From positions 25,007 to 89,006 of the forward strand of contig CAYLMJ010000003.1 in the NCBI GenBank assembly GCA_964384995.1: a stretch of DNA of 64,000 nucleotides. Direction: 5' to 3'. Numbering within the stretch: the first letter of the stretch is position 1; each line of letters begins with the position of its first letter. The notes under the pieces are model-generated. The model ran no database searches, had not been told where the DNA came from, and worked only from the letters and a program-made list of their open reading frames with translations. Of the stretch, positions 32,139 to 41,100 are shown piece after piece. The DNA comes from an uncultured archaeon. GTDB lineage: Archaea; Thermoplasmatota; Poseidoniia; MGIII; CAYLMJ01. The position numbers and the translations under genes were made by a program.

Positions 32139-32185
32139 AGGGGACTGGGGATATTTCGGGGACTTCCCGCGAACCGGCTATATAG
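32139..32185 (+). promoter_or_regulatory. Shared promoter element copy 4: AGGGGACTGGGGATATTTCGGGGACTTCCC, then 9 nt, then CTATATAG
   Basis: Sits about 45 nt upstream of the ATG at 32231. Confidence 0.55.
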
Positions 32186-32230
32186 GCAGAACCGGAGCCA
32201 TCATCGGTCGTCAGACGGCCAGTGAAGCAA

Positions 32231-34009
32231 ATGAAAGACCATGATGAAGATTTCGGTAACGGACAGTACCATACAACAAAGCCTCCCCTGTTGTTTCCCA
32301 ACCTGAGTGAGAACCTAATGAGGTACTTTTCCATCCGGGGATTCATCTCTATCTACTTCGCCTTTTTAGCGTTGATATTCCTGCTCGGGGGTATCGCTAA
32401 CGTAATCCTTTTTTTCATCCTCCCAGAAATGACCTACTTCAATCTCATAATGGGCCTAGCCAGTTTTCATTTAGGCCTTGGTCTGGCTTATCTATCTCGG
32501 TATATCTGGAAAGGAGCGGAAAATGGAGATAGCAAGAAAAAGAAGTGCGAACTGGTCGCATTTAGCTTTGCTTGTGTGATTCTGATATTGGGCACATTTT
32601 TGTGGATTGATAATTATCTGATCAACAATTATATGCGCGACTATGATGACTATTTCCGAATAATAATGCTATTGCCTGTTTTGTTATTGATAGTACTAGT
32701 ATTGGGGTTGCTGATTATCAATAAGATATCCGTCTTTAAAGAGTTATCAAACGCGAAAACATTACGGTGGTTCACGATCCATTTAGTGATATTGTATCCC
32801 TTCATATTCCTTGAATGGTTATTCCTTATTTTCTTTTCCTTTGGAGTAGCTTTTATTATAATTGCGTATACGGGTTTTTGGCTTCGATATGTATTTAAAG
32901 GTAATCTATACAGAAAATCAACAACTATGCCTGTCCAATACTGCGATGATGGGCTGTATTCCTATTTAGCCCTATATGGTGGGTTAAGCTGGATGCCGAT
33001 CTTGGCAACGTTGGCATTGATGATGTGTTTTGGTTTCATGAATTGCTCAACGGTCCTGTTCCATCCGTCCGAGATAGCTGTTATTGTGATTTTTATTACT
33101 CTCTCAATAACACCGCTGTTCATCCTAATGATAAAATTAAGAAATCAATATCATAATCCATATAGATTATTATCAATATGGTTGTGTTCCGTATCACTCC
33201 AATACATCGCTGTTTTAGGTTTGATAATTGATCCAAGGATGGAAGGATTCGGTGGTACGATCAGTACCGTCATCTACTTCACCTGGCCCATCACCTTGCT
33301 GATCCTATCAATATGTTCGAAACTAGCAATTTCCACATGGAAAACAAATGAGAATAGTGTGGAAGGCAGAAATCATTCAAGCCTTTCTATTATACCCGCC
33401 ATAGTCATTTTCCTAGTATTGCCAATTATTTCCATCAATTACGCATACTCAGTGGATTGGCCTGATGAACCATATTATGGTTATGGCCCGCTCATACAAA
33501 TCGAATGTATCGAGAACGACAATGATGATTATGAATGCAAGGTCATCAAGATATCAAGAAACTACGATCTTGAAGCCTACCAGTACTTCCTGAAGGATCG
33601 CACCGGTTTGACCAGCCAGTTCGGTGAGATCGCTCTACAGAACATCAGCGGCTCCTGGCATGGTATAGATGTCACGTGGGACGACGACGGCCCTGCTGAT
33701 ACCAACCAAGGTAACAGCAAGGCCGACCGTGCCAAGGATTCTGGTGGTGCTTACATTGACACCGACCAGGCCCAGATCCGCATAGATGATGTCCAGGCTG
33801 GGACCCAGGGAACCAAGAACAACCAGAAGAGCGAGGGCCGCATCTCGGCATCATTTATGGACAACGACCGCAACGGCAAGCTCACCGCTGGCGATCAGTT
33901 CACCATCAGAGGCAACCAACCATATCATCCAGCCAATGACGGCTGGAGACTGGAGATAAAGTACGACATCTCTGACGACACAATCGGCTCCTTCTTGCTA
34001 GGGGCCTGA
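32231..34009 (+). CDS. Chimeric membrane protein A2: N-terminal polytopic domain of about 10 TM helices with foreign low-GC codon usage, fused to a C-terminal pilin-like extracellular domain paralogous to A1
   Basis: Nucleotides about 32280-33550 are about 38% GC with A/T-rich third codon positions, against about 63% GC nearby. The C-terminus ...ECKVIKISRNYDLEAYQYFLKDRTGLTSQFGEI...WRLEIKYDISDDTIGSFLLGA aligns to A1. Confidence 0.65.
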   Translation: MKDHDEDFGNGQYHTTKPPLLFPNLSENLMRYFSIRGFISIYFAFLALIFLLGGIANVILFFILPEMTYFNLIMGLASFHLGLGLAYLSRYIWKGAENGDSKKKKCELVAFSFACVILILGTFLWIDNYLINNYMRDYDDYFRIIMLLPVLLLIVLVLGLLIINKISVFKELSNAKTLRWFTIHLVILYPFIFLEWLFLIFFSFGVAFIIIAYTGFWLRYVFKGNLYRKSTTMPVQYCDDGLYSYLALYGGLSWMPILATLALMMCFGFMNCSTVLFHPSEIAVIVIFITLSITPLFILMIKLRNQYHNPYRLLSIWLCSVSLQYIAVLGLIIDPRMEGFGGTISTVIYFTWPITLLILSICSKLAISTWKTNENSVEGRNHSSLSIIPAIVIFLVLPIISINYAYSVDWPDEPYYGYGPLIQIECIENDNDDYECKVIKISRNYDLEAYQYFLKDRTGLTSQFGEIALQNISGSWHGIDVTWDDDGPADTNQGNSKADRAKDSGGAYIDTDQAQIRIDDVQAGTQGTKNNQKSEGRISASFMDNDRNGKLTAGDQFTIRGNQPYHPANDGWRLEIKYDISDDTIGSFLLGA

Positions 34010-34067
34010 TTGGTGAACAACCCCACTATCACAAACTTTATCAAGGCCCGCCTTCATGAATTGACCA

Positions 34068-34277
34068 ATGGACTCCGAGATAATCTTTCTCGTTGAAGAA
34101 TCAATTGAAGGCGGCTTCGAGGCCCGTGCTCTCGACCATTCGATCTTCACTCAAGGTGAGACCTTTGAGGAATTGAAGGAGATGGTCAAGGATGCTGTCA
34201 AGTGTCATTTCGAAGCTGATGAGAGGCCCTCAGTCATCCGCCTCCACCAGGTAAAGGAGGAGGTAATGGCGGCTTGA
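34068..34277 (+). CDS. hicB: HicB-family antitoxin (UPF0150 type)
   Basis: 69 aa, ...IIFLVEESIEGGFEARALDHSIFTQGETFEELKEMVKDAVKCHFEA, the RNase H-like HicB pattern. Its stop overlaps the start of hicA. Confidence 0.6.
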   Translation: MDSEIIFLVEESIEGGFEARALDHSIFTQGETFEELKEMVKDAVKCHFEADERPSVIRLHQVKEEVMAA

Positions 34278-34519
34278 GGCTACCTCGCAACGTATCTGGC
34301 ACACAATTGGCCAAGGCTTTGGGAAAACTGGGCTACGTGTTGGTTCATCAGACCGGAAGCCATATGCGACTGACCCGTCGAGTAGATGAAGAGCACCATC
34401 TGACGATACCCCGACATAAACCGCTAAAGGTCGGAACTCTGAATGGTATCCTCAAGGATGTTGCTGAACACCTGGCCATCAGTCGTCTGGACCTTCTGGA
34501 ACTGCTATTTGGAAAATAG
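34274..34519 (+). CDS. hicA: HicA-family toxin (YcfA-like mRNA interferase)
   Basis: 81 aa, VSGTQLAKALGKLGYVLVHQTGSHMRLTR...HLTIPRHKPLKVGTLNGILKDVAEHL, matching the HicA dsRBD-like motif GSH...H. TTG start overlaps hicB. Confidence 0.65.
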   Translation: MRLPRNVSGTQLAKALGKLGYVLVHQTGSHMRLTRRVDEEHHLTIPRHKPLKVGTLNGILKDVAEHLAISRLDLLELLFGK

Positions 34520-34530
34520 AGCTTATATCT

Positions 34531-35784
34531 TCAGGTTCCAGCCGAGTAATCAGAGGCGTAGGCTATCTGCTCCTCGGTGAGCACGTCCAGCTCGAAACCC
34601 ATGGTGGAGAGCTTCAGGGCTGCTATCTCCTGATCCTGCTCCTTGGTCAGGTCGTAGACCCCCGGGGCCATCTTCTCGTTGGTGGCCAGATGGATCATCG
34701 ACATCAGCTGGTTGGCGAACGACATGTCCATGACCTCCGAGGGGTGGCCCTCGGCGGCGGCCAGGTTCACCAGCCTCCCCTGGGCCAGCAGGTAGAGCTT
34801 GCGTCCGTCCTTCATCGTGTACTCCTCCGTGTTCTCGCGGATGGTGCGCTTGCCGCTGGCCAGCTCCTCCAGTTCCACGATGTTCAGCTCGCAGTCGTAG
34901 TGACCGGTGTTGCAAAAGATGGCGCCCTCCCGCATGCGCTCGAAGTGGCGGCCGCGGATGACGTCCTTCATGCCGGTGGCGGTGATGTAGATGTCGCCCA
35001 GGATGGCGGCCTCGTCCATGGGCATCACCTCGAAGCCTTCCAGCGTGGCCTTCAGGGCGGCGATGGGGTCCACCTCGGTGACGATGACCCTTGCGCCCAG
35101 GCCCCGGGCCCGCTTGGCAAGCCCCGAGCCGCAATGACCGTAGCCGGCCACCACGAAGTTCTTGCCCGCCACCAGGACCGAAGTGGCCCTCAGGATGCCG
35201 TCCAGGCTCGACTGGCCGGTGCCGTAGACGTTGTCGAAGTCCCACTTGGTCTCGGCGTCGTTCACCGCCATGACCGGGTAGAGCAGCTTTCCGTCGTCGG
35301 CCATGGCCCGCAGGCGGTGGACCCCGGTGGTGGTCTCCTCGGTGCCGCCGATGATGTCCCGGGCCAGGTCCCGGTAGCGGTTGTGGACGGTGAAGATGAG
35401 GTCTGCGCCGTCGTCCAGGGTCAGGGTGGGTTTGAAGTCAAGGGTCCGGTCTATGGACCAGTAGAAGTCCTCGGTGGACTGACCGTGCCAGGCGTAGACC
35501 GAGAAGCCGTCATCCACCAGGGCGGCGGCGATCTCGTCCTGGGTGGAGAGGGGGTTGCAACCCGACCAGCTTATCTCGGCCCCGGTGGCGCGCAGGGCCT
35601 CCATCAGGATGGCGGTCTCCTTGGTCACGTGGAGACATCCGGCGATGCGCTGCCCCTTGAGGGGCTGTTCCTCGGCATAGCGCTCGATGAGGGCTGCCAG
35701 CACGGGCATCCTGGATCGGGCCCAGTCCATCTTCAGCTTGCCCTTCTCGGCCAGGGAGGGGTCGGCGATCTTGTGGTCGGTCAT
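34531..35784 (-). CDS. ahcY: S-adenosyl-L-homocysteine hydrolase
   Basis: 417 aa, ...LKGQRIAGCLHVTKETAILMEAL...GCNPLSTQDEIAAAL..., with the NAD-binding motif VAGYGHCGSGLAKRARGLGARVIVTEVDPI. Confidence 0.9.
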   Translation of the reverse strand: MTDHKIADPSLAEKGKLKMDWARSRMPVLAALIERYAEEQPLKGQRIAGCLHVTKETAILMEALRATGAEISWSGCNPLSTQDEIAAALVDDGFSVYAWHGQSTEDFYWSIDRTLDFKPTLTLDDGADLIFTVHNRYRDLARDIIGGTEETTTGVHRLRAMADDGKLLYPVMAVNDAETKWDFDNVYGTGQSSLDGILRATSVLVAGKNFVVAGYGHCGSGLAKRARGLGARVIVTEVDPIAALKATLEGFEVMPMDEAAILGDIYITATGMKDVIRGRHFERMREGAIFCNTGHYDCELNIVELEELASGKRTIRENTEEYTMKDGRKLYLLAQGRLVNLAAAEGHPSEVMDMSFANQLMSMIHLATNEKMAPGVYDLTKEQDQEIAALKLSTMGFELDVLTEEQIAYASDYSAGT

Positions 35785-35927
35785 TTTGCCACCGCACTTT
35801 CAGATGATTGGCCTTATTAATATTTACCATTGTTCAAGAACAATAGCTGGACATATATTGTTGGTTGTCCAAAATTGCTGGACGAATGTGCGATAATTAT
35901 TAGTATTTGCTGGACATATCGATTTCC

Positions 35928-36377
35928 ATGTCCCTTGCCCAGATAGCCCCCGACCTGGATGAGCGGGATCGCGCCATACTGAAGTATCTCCATCTCCAGG
36001 GTCGGGCCTCGGTGCGCACCATAGCCCGGTCCGTGGGTCTGCCCCCTTCCACCGTTCACGCCCGCATGGCCCGCCTGGAGCGTCAGGGTGTGGTTACCAA
36101 CTACTCGGTGAACCTGGAACCCCAGCGCCTGGGTCTGGGCTTCGTGGCCTTCATCCTGGTCTCGGGCACCGCCGAGCGTTACCTGGAGGAGGAGTTCCTG
36201 GCCCGCCCCGAGGTGGAGGAGGTGGCCGGCATCACCGGCGAGTACGACCTTCTGCTCAAGGTGCGCCTGCCCAGCCTGGAGGACTTCAACACCTTCCTGA
36301 TGGACTTCCGGGACCGGTACGACGCCTACCTGGACAAGACCATCACCATGGTCCGCACCGCCAACCTGAAAGAATGA
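35928..36377 (+). CDS. lrp: Lrp/AsnC family transcriptional regulator
   Basis: HTH LDERDRAILKYLHLQGRASVRTIARSVGLPPSTVHARMARLERQGVV followed by a RAM domain. First ATG is at 35928; an A/T-rich box about 30 nt upstream suggests a leaderless start. Confidence 0.8.
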   Translation: MSLAQIAPDLDERDRAILKYLHLQGRASVRTIARSVGLPPSTVHARMARLERQGVVTNYSVNLEPQRLGLGFVAFILVSGTAERYLEEEFLARPEVEEVAGITGEYDLLLKVRLPSLEDFNTFLMDFRDRYDAYLDKTITMVRTANLKE

Positions 36378-36431
36378 GAGCTGTCGGCTGAAAGTTGGTA
36401 TCGCCCCGACCGTCGCGGTTCCCGGTGCTCC

Positions 36432-36689
36432 CTAATCCTTCTCCTCTTTCTTGTCCTTGGGAACCGGAGGAGGCGCCGCCGGTCCCGGAGGGGGCGGGGG
36501 CAGGTTGGGCATCTCGGGTATGGAGGGGGTGTGAATCCCCTCGGCTTCCTGGGGGTCTTTCTCTTCCACCTCGAGCCAGCCCCGGCCACTGCAGGAGAGG
36601 CAGGGCATGCCGGCCATCTGCATGACACCTCCGGTCTGGGGAACGGTCTTCCCCGTGCCAAGGCAGGTCGGGCATCGAGTACGATTCAT
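36432..36689 (-). CDS. Small zinc-finger protein (DnaJ-type CxxCxGxG repeats) with a Pro-rich and Lys-rich C-terminus
   Basis: MNRTRCPTCLGTGK...CLSCSGRGW... then PPPPPGPAAPPPVPKDKKEEKD. A palindromic GGCATATATGCC box sits about 55 nt upstream. The start at 36689 is chosen within the longer 36432..36839 ORF and is uncertain. Confidence 0.4.
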   Translation of the reverse strand: MNRTRCPTCLGTGKTVPQTGGVMQMAGMPCLSCSGRGWLEVEEKDPQEAEGIHTPSIPEMPNLPPPPPGPAAPPPVPKDKKEEKD

Positions 36690-36840
36690 GATTGGGACCC
36701 CGGGTAGCAAGCTCGATTTTGGAGGTATTTCAACGGCCACTGGCATATATGCCTTTAGGTTGAGCATAGATTGAGCAAAGTTGGGGAGGCCAGCAGGTGG
36801 GTGGAACGGTGGGATCGAGGGATGATGTGCCCCGTTCATC

Positions 36841-36915
36841 GTTGTAAGATTAAATTTAATGATAGATAATGATAATTAATTATATTTAGTTACAATTAAT
36901 TAAAATTACTTACGC
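36841..36915. promoter_or_regulatory. 75-bp block of about 85% A+T (gataGATAATGATAATtaattata..., three AATTAAT units) in the divergent intergenic region between the zinc-finger gene and the squalene-synthase-like gene
   Basis: Extreme local composition shift in a 63% GC genome; a TTATATATAAT box follows about 40 nt upstream of the ATG at 36989. Confidence 0.4.
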
Positions 36916-36988
36916 CGTCCGACGATGGCCAGACCATACTTATATATAATGACCTCACGTTGTTTTTAGCCCTATTTCAGGAGATACC

Positions 36989-38032
36989 ATGACAAGCCTG
37001 TATGAAGCCATGAAGGACCTGGCCACCGGTACGGTGGGCACCCTCCTGACCGAGAGCCTGGAGTTCTGCCGCTCGATACTGCAGACCGTTTCCCGCTCAT
37101 TCGCCCTGACCATCCCCATGGTCGAGCACAACATCCTGGTCCCCATCATGGTGGGCTACCTGGAGGCCCGCATCCTGGACAGCTTCGAGGACGAGGTGGG
37201 CCGCAAGGAGACCACCATGGAACAGCGCATGCAGGCCATGGACACCATCATGGAGATAATCGACAACCCCGAGTCCGAGACCGCCCAGGAGAAGATCAAG
37301 CACATCTCGGGCATGGCCGGCGACTACATCTCCAACCCCCACTACCAGAAGCTGGTGGAGAACTTCGAATCGGTCGTGCGGGTCCACCGGACCTTCGATC
37401 AGGCCACCAAGGACTCCATGTCGTTCTGGCTCAACGAGATGAACTTCGGCATGAAGAAGTTCCTGGAGCTCTCCATCCGCAACTTCGAGGACCTGGACGA
37501 GTACTGCTACTACGTGGCCGGCACCCCCAGCGGCTTCCTCACCGAGCTCATCATCAACAACTCCGACGACCTGACCCCCGAGCAGGAGGCCACCCTGAAG
37601 CGCACCGAGCGTGATTTCGGCCTCTTCCTGCAGAAGGTCAACATCATCCGCGACTTCCGCGAGGATATCCAGCGCAACGAGAAGATCTTCTGGCCCGACT
37701 GCCTCTTCGAGCCCCACGGCCTGGTGCCCAGGGACATGCTGGACGAGGACAACCGGCAGGTGGCAATGGAGGCCCTGGCGGCCATGCTGACCAACGCCTC
37801 CCAGCATATCCAGCCGGTCAAGGACTACCTCAACGCCATCCCCGAGCAGTACAAGGGCTTTCGCAAGGGCGCGGCGGTCAACTTCCAGATGGGCGTTTCC
37901 ACCCTCAAGGCCATGACCGAGAACGACAAGGTGTTCTTCAGCGACAAGCCGGTGAAGATCGACCACGAGACCCGGGACCGCATCCTGGCCGACCCCCTGG
38001 AAGGCATCCTGACCCCGATGGTCTCGAAATAG
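36989..38032 (+). CDS. Squalene/dehydrosqualene synthase family head-to-head prenyltransferase (farnesyl-diphosphate farnesyltransferase-like)
   Basis: Motifs ...ILQTVSRSFALTIPMV...YLEARILDSFEDE (first Asp-rich region), YCYYVAGTPSGFLTEL and QKVNIIRDFREDIQRNEKIFWP, matching the squalene synthase signature regions. Confidence 0.7.
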   Translation: MTSLYEAMKDLATGTVGTLLTESLEFCRSILQTVSRSFALTIPMVEHNILVPIMVGYLEARILDSFEDEVGRKETTMEQRMQAMDTIMEIIDNPESETAQEKIKHISGMAGDYISNPHYQKLVENFESVVRVHRTFDQATKDSMSFWLNEMNFGMKKFLELSIRNFEDLDEYCYYVAGTPSGFLTELIINNSDDLTPEQEATLKRTERDFGLFLQKVNIIRDFREDIQRNEKIFWPDCLFEPHGLVPRDMLDEDNRQVAMEALAAMLTNASQHIQPVKDYLNAIPEQYKGFRKGAAVNFQMGVSTLKAMTENDKVFFSDKPVKIDHETRDRILADPLEGILTPMVSK

Positions 38033-38122
38033 AACCCTTCCTCTCGTCATTCCTACCTTCATTCGTCAATATTCATCGACGAAGCCCTTATTAGGCCAAT
38101 AGCCCAAAGCTGCTTGACCCCC

Positions 38123-41100
38123 ATGCAGACTCGTTCTCACTCCTCGGCGGTGTTCACCGCCCTGCTGGCAACCTTGCTGGCAGCCTTTGTGGGCCTGCTG
38201 ATATTCACCCCTCCCGCCGCGGCCGCGCCCTCCACGGGCGAGGTCCAGGTGGCGGTCATCCTGGCCAACTTCTCGGACATGGATTTCGAGGAGGAGCACA
38301 ACGTGAGCTACTTCGAGGCCCTCAGCTTCAACCTCACGGGTCCTTCGTTCAGGAACTACTACCTGGAGGCCTCGTACGGCAACCTGAACCTGACGGGGGT
38401 CGTGGTCGAGGTCAACCTGTCCGAGAGCCGCGAGTACTACTCCACACGGGGCTTGCAGTTCATCCGGGATTCGGCAGATGAGGCCGACGATGACATCGAT
38501 TACACCGACATCGACGCCATCATCGCTGTCCATCCCGGTGCCGGTGGCGAGAGCTCGGGGGACAGCACCGACCTCTGGTCGGTCCATTACTCGGGCACCT
38601 CCATCTCCACCGATGAGCGTCCCTTCAGCGAGGCCTCCATCATCCCCGAGTACGAGCAGTCCAACGGCCAGCAACCGCCCCTGGGAGTGATGGTCCACGA
38701 GTTCGGCCACGAGCTCCACCTTCCCGACCTCTACGACACCGATGACAGCTCAGAGGGCATCGGCAGCTGGGGCGTCATGGCCGCCGGCTCCTGGAACGAC
38801 TACGGACGGACCCCGGGCCATCCCAGCGCCTGGTGCAAGATCGAGCTGGGCTGGGTGACCCCCATCGTGGTCACCGAGGACACCCTGAACGTCATCCTGG
38901 ACCCCTGGACCGAGGACGATACGCTCTACAAACTACCCATCCCGGCCAACGAGAGCGACTCGGACGAGTACTTCCTGCTCACCAACCGCCAGCTTCAGGA
39001 TTACGACGAGCACTTGCCCGGCGCCGGCCTGCTCATCTGGCACATCGACGACAGTCGCTCCAACAACCGGGACGAGAACCACAAGCTGGTGGACCTGGAG
39101 GAGGCCGACGGTCGCAACGACCTGGACAAGCCCCGCGGCGGAGGTGGCAACCGGGGCGACGCCGACGACCCCTGGACCGGCGATGAGGGCTCCTTCACCC
39201 AGACCTCGAGCCCCAACTCCACCGCCTACGACGGCTCCGACAGCGGCTGGCGCATCACCAACATCGCCCTGGACGGCGACCAGGTCAGCTTCGATATCCG
39301 GCTCTTCATGCCTCCTGTGGCCATTGCCGATGCCGAGAAGGGTGTTGTGCTCCCTGGCGAGGAGCTCAACTTCACCGGTTCGGACTCCTACGATGAGGAT
39401 GGCGATATCGTCACCTATCTGTGGGATTTCGGCGACGGCAACACCAGCGGCGAGGCCGACCCCTCCCACACCTACGATACCTACGGGACCTACATAGTCT
39501 CCCTGACGGTGACCGATGACGACGGGGTCAACTCCACCACCACCATCACCATCTACGTCAACGCCCCCCCGGTGCCGGTGATCGAGGTGGCCCGCCTGAC
39601 CCTGCTCACCGGAGAGAAACTCTTCTTCAACGGTACCGGTTCGTACGACCCTGACGGGACCATCTTCTTCTGGATGTGGAACTTCGACGATGGCGGCAGC
39701 TCCACCAAGGTGGCCCTCAACCACACCTTTGACGATGACGGCATCTACAACGTGACCCTGCAGGTGATGGATGACCGCAGCACCATCGCCACCGGCTATG
39801 TCCTCATCACCGTGCTCAACCGGGCGCCGGTGGCCAACTTCACGGCCGACCCGCTGGTGGGCGACACCACCACCCTCTTCACCTTCAATTTCACCGGTGG
39901 TGACAGCGACGGCACCATCGCCCTCTACCTCTGGGACTTTGGCGATGGGGCCAACTCCTCCACCGCCCCGGTCTCCCACATGTTCGACAGCTCGGGCAAC
40001 TACACCATCAACCTCACCATCTGGGATGACGATGGCGCCATGGACAACGCCTCGCTGAACATCACCATCACCAACGCCCCTCCCGTGGCGGTCGTTCCAG
40101 AACGGCCAGGTGTCTGGGCGGCGGGCGAGCCCCTCTCCCTGAACGGCTCGGGCAGCTACGACCCCGAGGATGCCCTGACCCTGCTGACCTGGGAGCTCTC
40201 CAACGGCCTGAACAGCACCCAGGGACTCTTCAACCTCACCCTGGAGCCCGGTCGCTACCAGGTCTGGTTCAATCTCACCGACGCCGGGGAAGCCACCACC
40301 GGGGTCAACTGGACCCTCGATGTGGAACCCCGACCCGTCGCGGTGCTGTATGCCCACCGGATAACAGCCGCCGTGGGGCAGATCGTCAGGTTCTCCAGCG
40401 ATGGCAGTGGCGGTGGCACCGACTGGTTCTGGGATCTTGGGGACGGGAGCAATTCAACCCTGCTTGAGAACACCAGCAGGATCTACTCCTCCACCGGCAA
40501 CTACACGGTGACCCTGCGCATCACCAGCCCCCTGGGTCTGGTCAGCAACCTCACCCCCGCCAGCCAGCAGATCATCCAGGTCTTCCCCAGGCCGGTGGCC
40601 AACCTCACCCTCCCCCTGGGCCCCTATCACCAGTGGCTGCCCCTGACCCTCAACGCCAGCGGGTCACAGTCCGGCTGGGGCGCCCTGGAGTACGGCTATC
40701 GCATCGACAACGGGACCTGGACCGGTTACAATTCCAACGCCACCCACACCCTCAACCCCAGCACCGGTGGGAACCACACCTTCAGCCTGCGGGTCCAGGA
40801 TGGCAACGATGTGGTGGACCAGACCAACAGCACCATCTACATCAACTGGGCCCCCGAGCTGAGCTGGTCGATGGAGCCCCTGAACCCCGAGGTGGGACAG
40901 CTGGTCAACCTGACCCTGAACCTCACCGACCGGGACGACAATGCCACCCAGTTCAGCCTCAACTGGAGCGAGGGCGCCCTGGTGAACCAGACCATCGACC
41001 TGCCGGCCAACCTGACCTTCAACCACACCTTCACCCAGGAGGGCGAGATCGAGGTGCGGGTGGTGCTGACCCTGGAGGGCGGTTCCCGACTCAGCTGGGT

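Noticed and set aside
36841-36915. AT-rich block as a replication origin
   Set aside because: No origin-recognition-box repeats and no adjacent cdc6/orc1 gene; more likely a promoter or architectural element.
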